The translations under genes were made by a program, and so were the position numbers. A stretch of DNA of 64,000 nucleotides, taken from a virus. Location: IMG/VR virus record IMGVR_UViG_3300020450_000010, positions 1-64,000 of that record. One strand, given 5' to 3'. How positions within the stretch are numbered: the first letter of the stretch is position 1; each line of letters opens with the position of its first letter. Shown in pieces: positions 1-8,718 of this stretch. The notes under the pieces were generated by a model. The model was not told the DNA's origin, did no database searches, and saw nothing but the letters and a program-made list of their open reading frames with translations.

Positions 1-15
1 AACAAGGAGAACTTT

Positions 16-396
16 ATGCTTGACCAAACAGTAAAATTTGAAGATGTTGATGCTTTTGAACTTGAAATGGAGCATTTCGATGACCTTAAAGCTGAACTAG
101 GTTATGCTACTACATGGTCAATGGGACAAGGTATTATGTCACTTGATCAAAAGATTTTTACTGATAAAACTCGTGTTGTAACATACAAGTGTATTGCTGA
201 AATGGGCGATACAATGGATGATGTTACATGGATGACATTTACTGCCGTTGCAATGAATGGTACAGTGAGCGAGCTTTGGAAAGCCGCTGAAAGTTGCTTC
301 CAACAAGCCAAAGCGGCTTTAGGTGATTGGCATTACTTTGTAGAAGATTTTGAATTACAAGAAGACGGAAGTCTTTCTTTGGTAACAGGATCTTAA
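16..396 (+). CDS. hypothetical phage protein (126 aa, acidic)
   Basis: ORF with AAGGAG RBS just upstream; no recognisable motif. Confidence 0.75.
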   Translation: MLDQTVKFEDVDAFELEMEHFDDLKAELGYATTWSMGQGIMSLDQKIFTDKTRVVTYKCIAEMGDTMDDVTWMTFTAVAMNGTVSELWKAAESCFQQAKAALGDWHYFVEDFELQEDGSLSLVTGS

Positions 397-400
397 AAGG

Positions 401-428
401 TTGACATTAACCTCTAAGATGCTACAAT
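401..428 (+). promoter_or_regulatory. sigma70-type promoter (early/middle)
   Basis: TTGACA at 401-406, 16 nt spacer, extended -10 TGcTACAAT ending at 428, in the gap upstream of the AAA ATPase. Confidence 0.7.
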
Positions 429-462
429 ATACATATAGTTAGAAACAACCCAGGAGATAGCT

Positions 463-1560
463 ATGCAAACAGAAACTAATACACGTCAAGTGACGCTAAC
501 AGAACTTAAGAAGTATGCAATGCATAACTTCAAAACTAAACGACCTATGTTCGTTTGGGGACCTCCAGGCATTGGTAAGTCCGAAACTTTTGAACAAATT
601 AAAAATGCTTATATTGAGCAAGGCAAAAAAGCTCATTTGATCGATTGTCGATTGGCTCTTTGGGATCCGACCGACCTTAAAGGTTATCCTTACTTCGACC
701 AAACTGCTAACAAAATGCGGTTTAGTGCGCCTGATGAACTTCCGGATGAGGAGTTGGCAAAACAGTATGATGTGATCATATTGTTCTTAGATGAACTTAA
801 TGGTGCTAGCCCTGCTACACAGGCGGCGGCATACCAGCTAGTTCTTAACCGTGCTATTGGCAAATACAAGTTGCCCGACAATGTAGTAATTGCGGCGGCT
901 GGTAACCGTGACACTGATAAAGGTGTTACTTATAGAATGCCTAAGCCTTTGGCTAACCGTTTCCTACACTACGAAGTACGTGTTGACTTTTACACATGGC
1001 AGGATTGGGCTATTGAGAACCAAATCCATCCTGATGTAGTTGGTTACCTTACTACGTTTAAAAACGACCTTTACAACTTCGATGCTAGCAGTAACGAACG
1101 TTCGTTTGCTACTCCGCGAAGCTGGACTTTTGTAAGTGAAACTATCCAAGATGTGGACGGCTTTACTGAAGAAGAGGTAACAGATATGGTTGCCGCAGGT
1201 ATTGGTGAAGGACTTGCACTCAAGTTCAAAGCACACCGAGAGGTTAGTGGTACACTACCTAACCCAAGTGACATACTTGACGGTAAGGTAAAAGACCTTA
1301 AAACAGACAACATCAGTGCTAAGTATTCGTTGACTACTGCACTATGTTATGAGCTAAAAGAAGCTTTCGATAACGATGATGATGGTAACAAGAAGTTTGA
1401 TAACTTCTTGGAGTTTATCCAAAAGAACTTCGAAAGCGAAATGGTTGTGATGGGAGCCACAGTTGCTTTGAGCAAATATGGTATCCGTCCAAAGTTCAAT
1501 CAGTTGAAAAACTATAAACCGTTTATTGCTGAATATGGCAAACTGATTGAACAGGCATAG
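463..1560 (+). CDS. MoxR-family AAA+ ATPase
   Basis: Walker A GPPGIGKS, Walker B LFLDELN, AAGNR sensor, ANRF arginine finger; next to a vWA gene. Confidence 0.9.
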   Translation: MQTETNTRQVTLTELKKYAMHNFKTKRPMFVWGPPGIGKSETFEQIKNAYIEQGKKAHLIDCRLALWDPTDLKGYPYFDQTANKMRFSAPDELPDEELAKQYDVIILFLDELNGASPATQAAAYQLVLNRAIGKYKLPDNVVIAAAGNRDTDKGVTYRMPKPLANRFLHYEVRVDFYTWQDWAIENQIHPDVVGYLTTFKNDLYNFDASSNERSFATPRSWTFVSETIQDVDGFTEEEVTDMVAAGIGEGLALKFKAHREVSGTLPNPSDILDGKVKDLKTDNISAKYSLTTALCYELKEAFDNDDDGNKKFDNFLEFIQKNFESEMVVMGATVALSKYGIRPKFNQLKNYKPFIAEYGKLIEQA

Positions 1561-1578
1561 GAAACTATGCTCCTGGGA

Positions 1579-1604
1579 GTTAATGGGGCTTCGGCCCCAT
1601 TAAC
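1579..1604 (+). terminator. stem-loop with cUUCGg tetraloop (probable terminator or processing hairpin)
   Basis: GTTAATGGGGC-TTCG-GCCCCATTAAC, a perfect 11-bp stem just after the ATPase stop codon; U-tract is weak. Confidence 0.65.
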
Positions 1605-1612
1605 ATTAAAGG

Positions 1613-1640
1613 TTGACAAATAAGTAAGATATGTTACTAT
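1613..1640 (+). promoter_or_regulatory. sigma70-type promoter
   Basis: TTGACA at 1613-1618, 16 nt spacer, extended -10 TGtTACTAT; same layout as 401-428. Confidence 0.7.
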
Positions 1641-1668
1641 AAAGTATATTAAAAATTTGGAGTGAGAT

Positions 1669-3024
1669 ATGTCATTAGACACACAAGAACAAGATATGCA
1701 AAAAGATATTATCGACCGTATGCTCAATGAGGATGCTGAAGTCGAAGCAGAAAAAACTCCAGAACAGAAAGCACAAGAGTCAGAAGAAGCTAAAGAAAAG
1801 CTAGTAACTGCTCGTGTGAAGATGCTTTTTAACCAACCATTCTTTGGTAATATTGCTTGTAGGCTACAGTTGAAAGATGTTACAGATGACGGTTGGTGCC
1901 CTACGGCGGCGACAGATGGTCGTCATTTCTTTTACAATAGAAACTTTGTAAACAAACTAAATGTTCAACAGAACGTGTTCTTAGTAGGACACGAAATTGG
2001 ACATTGTATATACGAACACTTTCTAAGGGTTGGTGACCGTGATAGAAAATATTGGAACATGGCTGGTGACTATAAGATTAACGGCATGTTGGTACGTGAA
2101 AAGATTGGTGAAGTAATTGACCAAATAGATATTTGTTTTGATACAAAATATATGGATGACAGTTGGTATACTGAAAATGTATATGACCAACTAATGAAAG
2201 AAAAGCCTCCAATAAAAATGACACTTGATGTTCATTTAGATGTTGATGGTGAAGGTGAAGATGGTAAGCCTTGTAACAGTGGTGGCGGAGATGAAAGCGA
2301 AGATGGCAAAGGTAAAGGCAAAGGTAAGAAGCCAACTATCTCTAAAGATGATGCTAAAGCTATCTCAGATGAATTGAAGAATGCAGTCATACAGGCGGCA
2401 CAGAGTGTTGGTGCTGGCAATGTTCCTGCTGAAATTGCTCGAATCGTTGGACAGTTGACAGAGCCTAAAATGGACTGGAGACAGTTTATTCGTGTTACAT
2501 TAGAAAGTAATCTGAGCAGTGACTTTACTTTTATGAAGCCTAATAGAAAGAGTCAGTTTAACAATGTAGTTTTACCTAGTATGCGAAACGATGACAAGAT
2601 TGATATTTGTCTTTGTTTAGATGCTAGTGGTAGTATTGGACAAGCTGATGCTACAGACTTTCTAAGTGAAGTAAAAGGCATTATGGATCAGTTTGGTAGC
2701 TACAGGATCCGAGTATGGAGTTTTGATACAAAGTGCTATAACTTTGATGAGTTTACAGATGATGATGGTAGAAGCATAGAAGAATATAAACTTGTTGGAG
2801 GCGGCGGAACTGACTTCATGTGTAATTGGGAATACATGGAAGAAAATGACATTACACCTAATCAGCTAATTATGTTTACTGATGGTGAACCTTTTAATAA
2901 ATGGGGAATAGAAGACTACTGTGATACATTGTTCTTGATTAAGAATCGTTACAGTAAGCCTGAGGCTCCGTTCGGACAAACAATATATTATGGTGAAGAT
3001 ACCAATCAGAAATTGGCGGCATAA
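1669..3024 (+). CDS. metallopeptidase-like (HExxH) plus vWA domain protein (DUF2201-like), partner of the MoxR ATPase
   Basis: TAATDG, HEIGH zinc motif, acidic/Gly linker, MIDAS DASGS, GGGTDF, FTDG. Confidence 0.88.
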   Translation: MSLDTQEQDMQKDIIDRMLNEDAEVEAEKTPEQKAQESEEAKEKLVTARVKMLFNQPFFGNIACRLQLKDVTDDGWCPTAATDGRHFFYNRNFVNKLNVQQNVFLVGHEIGHCIYEHFLRVGDRDRKYWNMAGDYKINGMLVREKIGEVIDQIDICFDTKYMDDSWYTENVYDQLMKEKPPIKMTLDVHLDVDGEGEDGKPCNSGGGDESEDGKGKGKGKKPTISKDDAKAISDELKNAVIQAAQSVGAGNVPAEIARIVGQLTEPKMDWRQFIRVTLESNLSSDFTFMKPNRKSQFNNVVLPSMRNDDKIDICLCLDASGSIGQADATDFLSEVKGIMDQFGSYRIRVWSFDTKCYNFDEFTDDDGRSIEEYKLVGGGGTDFMCNWEYMEENDITPNQLIMFTDGEPFNKWGIEDYCDTLFLIKNRYSKPEAPFGQTIYYGEDTNQKLAA

Positions 3025-3030
3025 GTAAAC

Positions 3031-3315
3031 ATGCGAATAGTTGAACAAAAATACAGTTTAAGCGAAGAAGATCTTGTACATTTACAAGGCACAGACACAA
3101 TAGAAAAAATGCTTAAACAAAGATTAGTATGTGAGTTCGACTCAAATCCAGATATAGACCAAATAGATTTTAGTGGAGCAAGAGGCTTTTATCTAATAAA
3201 AAATTTAGGACATAAAATGTATCAGTTTTGGTTTGAAGATATCCAAGACTATGATGATTTTAGAGCCAATATTTTGGCATATAAAATGAGTAGTAGTATC
3301 AAAGATGATAAATAA
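3031..3315 (+). CDS. hypothetical protein
   Basis: 94 aa ORF packed in the + strand gene run. Confidence 0.7.
   Translation: MRIVEQKYSLSEEDLVHLQGTDTIEKMLKQRLVCEFDSNPDIDQIDFSGARGFYLIKNLGHKMYQFWFEDIQDYDDFRANILAYKMSSSIKDDK
3307..3314 (+). promoter_or_regulatory. T4-type late promoter-like motif GATAAATA
   Basis: 1 mismatch to TATAAATA, overlaps a stop codon ahead of the RBS of 3348. Confidence 0.45.
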
Positions 3316-3347
3316 CTACGTATATAATTCGTTTATAGGAGTTAATA

Positions 3348-3602
3348 ATGGCGAAAAAAGAAGAAACTATTGAAGCAACTGCTACCGAAGTACCAACAAA
3401 CGGTGCGCCAGCAGAAGATCAAGCACCACAATTAGGTGTTGGTGATTTACAAAATGCGGCGCAGGTTATTGATGCGGCTGTAAGTAGAGGTGCTTTCAGA
3501 GCTAATGAAGCGGCACAGGTAGGTGCTGTCTATGAAAAACTTACCTCATTTATCAAAAGTGTAAGTGAAGCACAAAAAACAGATGCTCCTGCATCTGAAT
3601 AA
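3348..3602 (+). CDS. small hypothetical phage protein
   Basis: 84 aa, AGGAG RBS, helical core DLQNAAQVIDAAVSRGAF. Confidence 0.8.
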   Translation: MAKKEETIEATATEVPTNGAPAEDQAPQLGVGDLQNAAQVIDAAVSRGAFRANEAAQVGAVYEKLTSFIKSVSEAQKTDAPASE

Positions 3603-3612
3603 GGAGACATCC

Positions 3613-4263
3613 ATGCAAAATATGAAACATATAGGTCGAGTGGCGAATACTGGACTAAAATGTGTAGTTGTATTCAGAGAAATCTATGATGAAAATGGAA
3701 ACGTTACGGATCCTAATAATTGTTTGATTGTTGAAACTGAAAGGCTACCAGATATGGAACATGATGATATGGTAAGAGTAGTTGAAAGTGATACTGCTCA
3801 AGACAATCCAGATTTTTATCATGTTGCCCAACGTAATAAGTTTAGTGATGGTACTAACATGCTTGTAAAGTTAAGTCAGATGGGATATCTTAAAAAGTAT
3901 CCTACAAATCAAATTGAACTTACACCTAATTCAAGCACTGCGGTAAAACTAAGTGATGTAAACACTGTTATTAATAAACAAGCAACTGGTATGTCAGATG
4001 CAGATATTGCTAATACAATGGTAGACGATACTGATAGTCCACCACGTAATCATACTAATTTAAGTCAAACACAGACTGTAAATGAAGCTATGAATACAAA
4101 TGAACAAGCATTAGATGATACCGCACTTGCTCAACAAATGTTGGATCAAGCTAATACTTACGAAGCAGAAGTAAAACGTCTTCGCGAAGAAGCCTATGTA
4201 ATGGCACCAGACTTGAAACCCAAGCGGGGTCGTCCTAAGGCTACCGCAAATGCCAATACATAA
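3613..4263 (+). CDS. hypothetical protein with C-terminal AT-hook-like motif
   Basis: Start moved to ATG 3613 behind AAGGAG; C-terminal coiled segment followed by KPKRGRPKA. Confidence 0.75.
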   Translation: MQNMKHIGRVANTGLKCVVVFREIYDENGNVTDPNNCLIVETERLPDMEHDDMVRVVESDTAQDNPDFYHVAQRNKFSDGTNMLVKLSQMGYLKKYPTNQIELTPNSSTAVKLSDVNTVINKQATGMSDADIANTMVDDTDSPPRNHTNLSQTQTVNEAMNTNEQALDDTALAQQMLDQANTYEAEVKRLREEAYVMAPDLKPKRGRPKATANANT

Positions 4264-4555
4264 GCGAGATCGTAATTTTCAACAAATAGTAAGTAAACTT
4301 GATGTAAAAACTATTCCAGGTGAATATATTCAACAACTTAATTTAATTTGTGAGAACGGTGACCGTATTGCTTTTAGAGAGGAAGATATAAAATCTTTCG
4401 AGGGTGGTGATTTGGTTGCTGGTCTTATCAATTATGTTGAAGAAAGTGATATTAAGACTAGGGTAGTAGACGTAGAAATCATAGTGGACTATCTTAGATT
4501 AGAACAAGATGTCAAAAAAAGAACGGATCAATTATTAAAAAATGACAACAGTTAA
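4250..4555 (+). CDS. hypothetical protein
   Basis: 101 aa ORF overlapping both neighbours. Confidence 0.7.
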   Translation: MPIHKRDRNFQQIVSKLDVKTIPGEYIQQLNLICENGDRIAFREEDIKSFEGGDLVAGLINYVEESDIKTRVVDVEIIVDYLRLEQDVKKRTDQLLKNDNS

Positions 4556-5228
4556 ACTAGTATCTTATACAAAACCTACTGAAGAATTTGAACAACATGG
4601 ACTTATGGATGCACAAGACTTAATTGCTTTTTGTGCTAGAGTAAGCAATCCTTCAGCACAAATAAACAGTGAGACCAGTGAGAAACTTATCAAATACTTG
4701 ATTAAACATCAGCATTGGTCGCCATTGGAAATGGTAAATGCTTGTTTAGAAATAAACACCACCAGAGACATTGCACACCAAATTGTAAGGCACAGAAGTT
4801 TTAGTTTCCAAGAATTCAGTCAACGTTATGCTGATGTAAATGCACTTGGTGATATGTTTGTACATCGAGAAGCTAGAATGCAAGACACAAAAAATAGACA
4901 AAACAGTGTCGAACTAGATGAAAATAACAAAGAAGATGTACGTCTGGCTATGATATGGTCAAGTTATCAAAACAAAGTAATTCAAGAAGCAAAGGATGCC
5001 TACAAGTGGGCTATTGAAAACGGCATTGCTAAAGAACAAGCTCGTGTTGTTTTGCCTGAAGGCTTAACTAAAACAAGATTGTACATGAATGGTACATTGC
5101 GTAGTTGGGTACATTACATTGAATTACGTGGTGGACATGGTACACAAAAAGAACACATGCAAGTAGCTCATGCTTGTGCAGAAGTTATTAGCAGTATCTT
5201 TCCATTAATGGAGAAACTCGATGTCTAA
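4542..5228 (+). CDS. thyX: FAD-dependent thymidylate synthase ThyX
   Basis: HWSPLE, signature RHRSFSFQEFSQRY, EQARVVLP, LRSWVHYIELR. Confidence 0.95.
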   Translation: MTTVKLVSYTKPTEEFEQHGLMDAQDLIAFCARVSNPSAQINSETSEKLIKYLIKHQHWSPLEMVNACLEINTTRDIAHQIVRHRSFSFQEFSQRYADVNALGDMFVHREARMQDTKNRQNSVELDENNKEDVRLAMIWSSYQNKVIQEAKDAYKWAIENGIAKEQARVVLPEGLTKTRLYMNGTLRSWVHYIELRGGHGTQKEHMQVAHACAEVISSIFPLMEKLDV

Positions 5229-5394
5229 TTCAGAAAAAGTATCACACATGCTTGCACTAAAAGAAGAAGTAAAAGTGCTAAAAACAATGATTAGACCACA
5301 TGATACTGGTCATATCCATACCACAATATCTACTTTACAAGATAGAATAAAAACATTGTACAAAGAAGTATATAGTAGAGAAGCCAGAAATTAA
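5221..5394 (+). CDS. small hypothetical protein (57 aa, not in ORF track)
   Basis: Read by hand: MSNSEKVSHMLALKEEVKVLKTMIRPHDTGHIHTTISTLQDRIKTLYKEVYSREARN*; overlaps the thyX stop and fills the gap. Confidence 0.7.
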   Translation: MSNSEKVSHMLALKEEVKVLKTMIRPHDTGHIHTTISTLQDRIKTLYKEVYSREARN

Positions 5395-5400
5395 TAAATA
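5393..5400 (+). promoter_or_regulatory. late promoter-like motif AATAAATA
   Basis: 1 mismatch to TATAAATA, upstream of the AAGGAG RBS of 5428. Confidence 0.45.
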
Positions 5401-5427
5401 CTTGCGTATATATTAAGGAGTACAAAA

Positions 5428-5709
5428 ATGGTTTTACAAGTGGAATCAACATATAAGACTAAAAATAGTAACACATACTCGACTGTAGCCGAGTTTGTTG
5501 CAGAACACGGACCTCTTGGTAGAGACAATCTAGATCATATCTTAGAACAAGGTACCGCTGTACTAGTCGGAGACGATAGTATGAAAGTAACAGTCAAGTA
5601 TAACACAGAAGCTGAATACGACACACATGCGGCAGTAACTTCAGGTGGTGAATATGCTGGTAAAGGTGGTGATGTTACTCGAGAGTCTGTAGTAAAAACT
5701 GAGTTATAA
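5428..5709 (+). CDS. hypothetical protein (93 aa), translationally coupled to the desaturase
   Basis: Strong AAGGAG RBS; TAATG stop/start overlap with 5709. Confidence 0.75.
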   Translation: MVLQVESTYKTKNSNTYSTVAEFVAEHGPLGRDNLDHILEQGTAVLVGDDSMKVTVKYNTEAEYDTHAAVTSGGEYAGKGGDVTRESVVKTEL

Positions 5710-6374
5710 TGTTTGGTAGTATTCTTATATCAATTTTCATAGGAATCATTTGGAGTCAAATTATAAGTCATTGGGGTGCAAGTATATTACTGCACAGATA
5801 TTACTGTCATAAACAATTCAAAGTTCCAGTCTGGTTTGAAACTATTGGGCTCGCAATGCTTATGGTTGCTTGCATAAGAACTCCAATTGGATGGATTGCT
5901 AGTCATAGAATGCATCATGAACATAGTGACCATGAAGGTGATCCACATGCAGTAAGTCAAGTTGGTTACTGGAGAGTGCTATTAACAACTTGGAATATAG
6001 AAAAAATACCAATGAAGTATGCCAGAGACTTGTTTAAAAATCCTCGTTTGGTATTTTGTCATCATCACTGGGGCAAAATTTTGATTGCAGTAAATGTAAT
6101 CAGCTTGTTAATAAGTCCATATTTTTGGATAGCATTTTGTGCAGTACCTTTCGTTTTTGCTAAAATAGGTTTTGGATTATTGAATACTGTAGGGCATAGA
6201 GTTGAGGGCGGAGCAGATGTTCCGTGGTTAAACTTTTTCATTGCTGGTGAAGGATTTCATAGACAGCATCACAAAAACTGGAAACGTATTAGATTACACA
6301 AATGGGATACCGGAGGCTGGATAGCAGAAAAACTATTTCATCCAAAGACTGGTCTAATTGCCGTTAAAAATTAA
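5709..6374 (+). CDS. membrane fatty-acid (delta-9-type) desaturase
   Basis: Three His boxes HRYYCH, HRMHH, HRQHH; GDPH; hydrophobic segments. Confidence 0.88.
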   Translation: MFGSILISIFIGIIWSQIISHWGASILLHRYYCHKQFKVPVWFETIGLAMLMVACIRTPIGWIASHRMHHEHSDHEGDPHAVSQVGYWRVLLTTWNIEKIPMKYARDLFKNPRLVFCHHHWGKILIAVNVISLLISPYFWIAFCAVPFVFAKIGFGLLNTVGHRVEGGADVPWLNFFIAGEGFHRQHHKNWKRIRLHKWDTGGWIAEKLFHPKTGLIAVKN

Positions 6375-6938
6375 TTCATCAATAAACTTCTCAGAACCTG
6401 TATATAATATACCCTGCCAATTATCTTTCCACACCAGCTCAATTGTATCTTTATACACTTGCCAATTTTCAAAAACATCTGGTCTTTTGTTTTTTATACG
6501 TTCAAAAAATTTAGATCCTTTTTCTCTACTCCAAAAAAAGAACGGGTATTGTTGCTTTAAATGTTCGTAGTGGAATAAGTCTACTTGAAAATCATCTACC
6601 ATATTGAATTTTTGATTGGTCTGATTGGTTCTATAATTACTAAACAACCAGTACCTACTAAACAGTCTACAAGTGTTATCGGTCATATGTTGAGCACCTG
6701 TAACTAGCACTGGCTGATCTTTTTGATAGTCCCATAACACACTAAAAATAGCCATATCCTTTAGTTTTAAGCCCTTGTAAGTGTAGTTCCATGCCAACTT
6801 GTCATTTGCACTGTCTTGTTCTAATAGTGGAATAGTTTTGCTGGCTATATCATTAAACTGTTTGCTAGGACTTGTACCATTTACAATTATAGGTACAACT
6901 GTATATCCACAAGCTAACTTTTGTTTTGTTACTTCCAT
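6354..6938 (-). CDS. hypothetical protein, possibly GNAT-like fold
   Basis: 194 aa, last gene of the - strand run; CRLFSRYWLFSNYR weakly resembles a GNAT strand (inference only). Confidence 0.55.
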   Translation of the reverse strand: MEVTKQKLACGYTVVPIIVNGTSPSKQFNDIASKTIPLLEQDSANDKLAWNYTYKGLKLKDMAIFSVLWDYQKDQPVLVTGAQHMTDNTCRLFSRYWLFSNYRTNQTNQKFNMVDDFQVDLFHYEHLKQQYPFFFWSREKGSKFFERIKNKRPDVFENWQVYKDTIELVWKDNWQGILYTGSEKFIDELIFNGN

Positions 6939-8203
6939 ATATGAGCAATCCGTCTTTTACCAGAGAATATATTAGCATCAACTACCCAATCCTGATAGTT
7001 ATACTGTTCTTTATACTTGTACAAGTCTTGTTCAATAGTATTCAAACGCATGTTAGGTAACCATTTACTTGGATGTTGATCTTTACAAGGCTCTTGAATA
7101 ATAGCATGTTTGCTATTATAATATTCAAATGTTAGATTGTTGAACAACTGCATATGATTGTCTGGATCATATAGTAATACTCCACTCCAGATTACACAGT
7201 CAACTGCAAAGTCTACAGGAATATTATCATACATATTTCCCACTGCATAACTTATATTATCATTATTTTGCCAAACTTCGTTGGCAAACTCAATTGGCTG
7301 TGGGCTTGTATCAAATCCAAAATAATTGTAATCTTTATATCCCCTTTGATATAATACATCATTGACTGTACCTATTCGACAACCCACATCAACTATGCCT
7401 TTTATATTGTTTTCAATTATTATATCTGCTTGTTTTTCAAATATTGGTTTAGCTTCCTGCGTGTCCAAGTAACTCATGCTTCTCAATTTATAGTCTTGTT
7501 TTAAAGGTACTTCAACTATCTCTTGTGCATTTTTAGGAAGTCTGGGCCATGGTATACCATTTACTCTGTGTACATTTTTTATTTCATATTTCCATTTGGT
7601 ATTCCATTTTTCATAGTCAGATATCCAAGTCAGACTATTGTCTTTTACTTCTTTTTTTGTCTTAGATACATGCGTATCAGAATATTCACTTATGCTATCG
7701 TATATATGTTTTACGTTTTTAAATGCACCAGGAACTACACAATTCCAACTATCATTTACAACAAAACTTTGTACTACATTTGCACCCATTTTGGTTAGTA
7801 GATGTTGAGTCATCTCAAAATGTCTAGCTCCATTAGGAGCTTTTGATGTGGGCGTGAATGTAATTACAAATATAGGCTTGTCAGTTATTGCATAATCTGT
7901 TCCTAGTTTAGCATTGAACTTAGACTTGACTACTAACCAATCCATAGCATTTTTAAATCCTGCACTATAGTGACTGGTTGCTTCACTAATAGCAAAAACC
8001 AATATGTCAGCATCTAACGCACTATTAAATTGTTCAACACTGTCAGGCACATTACCATCGCTTTTGTTTGAATAACAAACAGGCATATCAAAGTCTGTCA
8101 TGTCAAATATACTATCAAACAACTTTTCTTCATTGAGTAATTTCAATCCACGAGTCTGTAGACTGTTTTCTGCGTGACTAAAACTTATTCCTACTATTTT
8201 CAT
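6929..8203 (-). CDS. fusion of NADPH-dependent FMN reductase (flavodoxin-like) and class I SAM methyltransferase
   Basis: N-half ADILVFAISE..YSAGFKNAMDWL..KP; C-half IVDVGCRIG, YFGFDTS, WSGVLLY. Confidence 0.75.
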   Translation of the reverse strand: MKIVGISFSHAENSLQTRGLKLLNEEKLFDSIFDMTDFDMPVCYSNKSDGNVPDSVEQFNSALDADILVFAISEATSHYSAGFKNAMDWLVVKSKFNAKLGTDYAITDKPIFVITFTPTSKAPNGARHFEMTQHLLTKMGANVVQSFVVNDSWNCVVPGAFKNVKHIYDSISEYSDTHVSKTKKEVKDNSLTWISDYEKWNTKWKYEIKNVHRVNGIPWPRLPKNAQEIVEVPLKQDYKLRSMSYLDTQEAKPIFEKQADIIIENNIKGIVDVGCRIGTVNDVLYQRGYKDYNYFGFDTSPQPIEFANEVWQNNDNISYAVGNMYDNIPVDFAVDCVIWSGVLLYDPDNHMQLFNNLTFEYYNSKHAIIQEPCKDQHPSKWLPNMRLNTIEQDLYKYKEQYNYQDWVVDANIFSGKRRIAHIWK

Positions 8204-8718
8204 ATCGAGTCTAAATCTGTTCCTTTAATTATGAAAAACATTACAACTAATCTATACTCATCTATAGGTTCTACCATATGCCAATACTCACCATTTTTCA
8301 ACCAAAATCCTTCTCCTGGACCATATGTTATGCTGTCTATTTTATTTGCAGTATTAGGTTCAACTATACTAGTTGTTGCTTTTCCTATTAACGGCAATAA
8401 AAAAGTTGCCTCATATATTTCAGTAGGATCAATATGTGGAGATAGAATTTTACAACTTGGGTACTCTTGTAGTGTACAATAATTAGGACCTTTGTCTCTA
8501 AAGTTTCCGTCGAGTGGAACTATTGTGTTCAGATAATTCCATAAGTTATTAGGACATTCACCGTCCCAATATATTTGATCATTACTAAGTAACCAATCTT
8601 CTTCTGCAGGTTTACTAAGTTGTAGTTTTCTTGCCCATATTAATGCTTGGTCTAAATCGAAGTCTAGTTTGTAACTAGTACCCCATTGTTTTTTAGTTCC
8701 ATAATCTCTTGTAGTCAC
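8200..8718 (-). CDS. Fe(II)/2-oxoglutarate oxygenase-like protein
   Basis: LSPHID...WHMVEP...R jelly-roll triad pattern. Confidence 0.65.
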   Translation of the reverse strand: MTTRDYGTKKQWGTSYKLDFDLDQALIWARKLQLSKPAEEDWLLSNDQIYWDGECPNNLWNYLNTIVPLDGNFRDKGPNYCTLQEYPSCKILSPHIDPTEIYEATFLLPLIGKATTSIVEPNTANKIDSITYGPGEGFWLKNGEYWHMVEPIDEYRLVVMFFIIKGTDLDSI

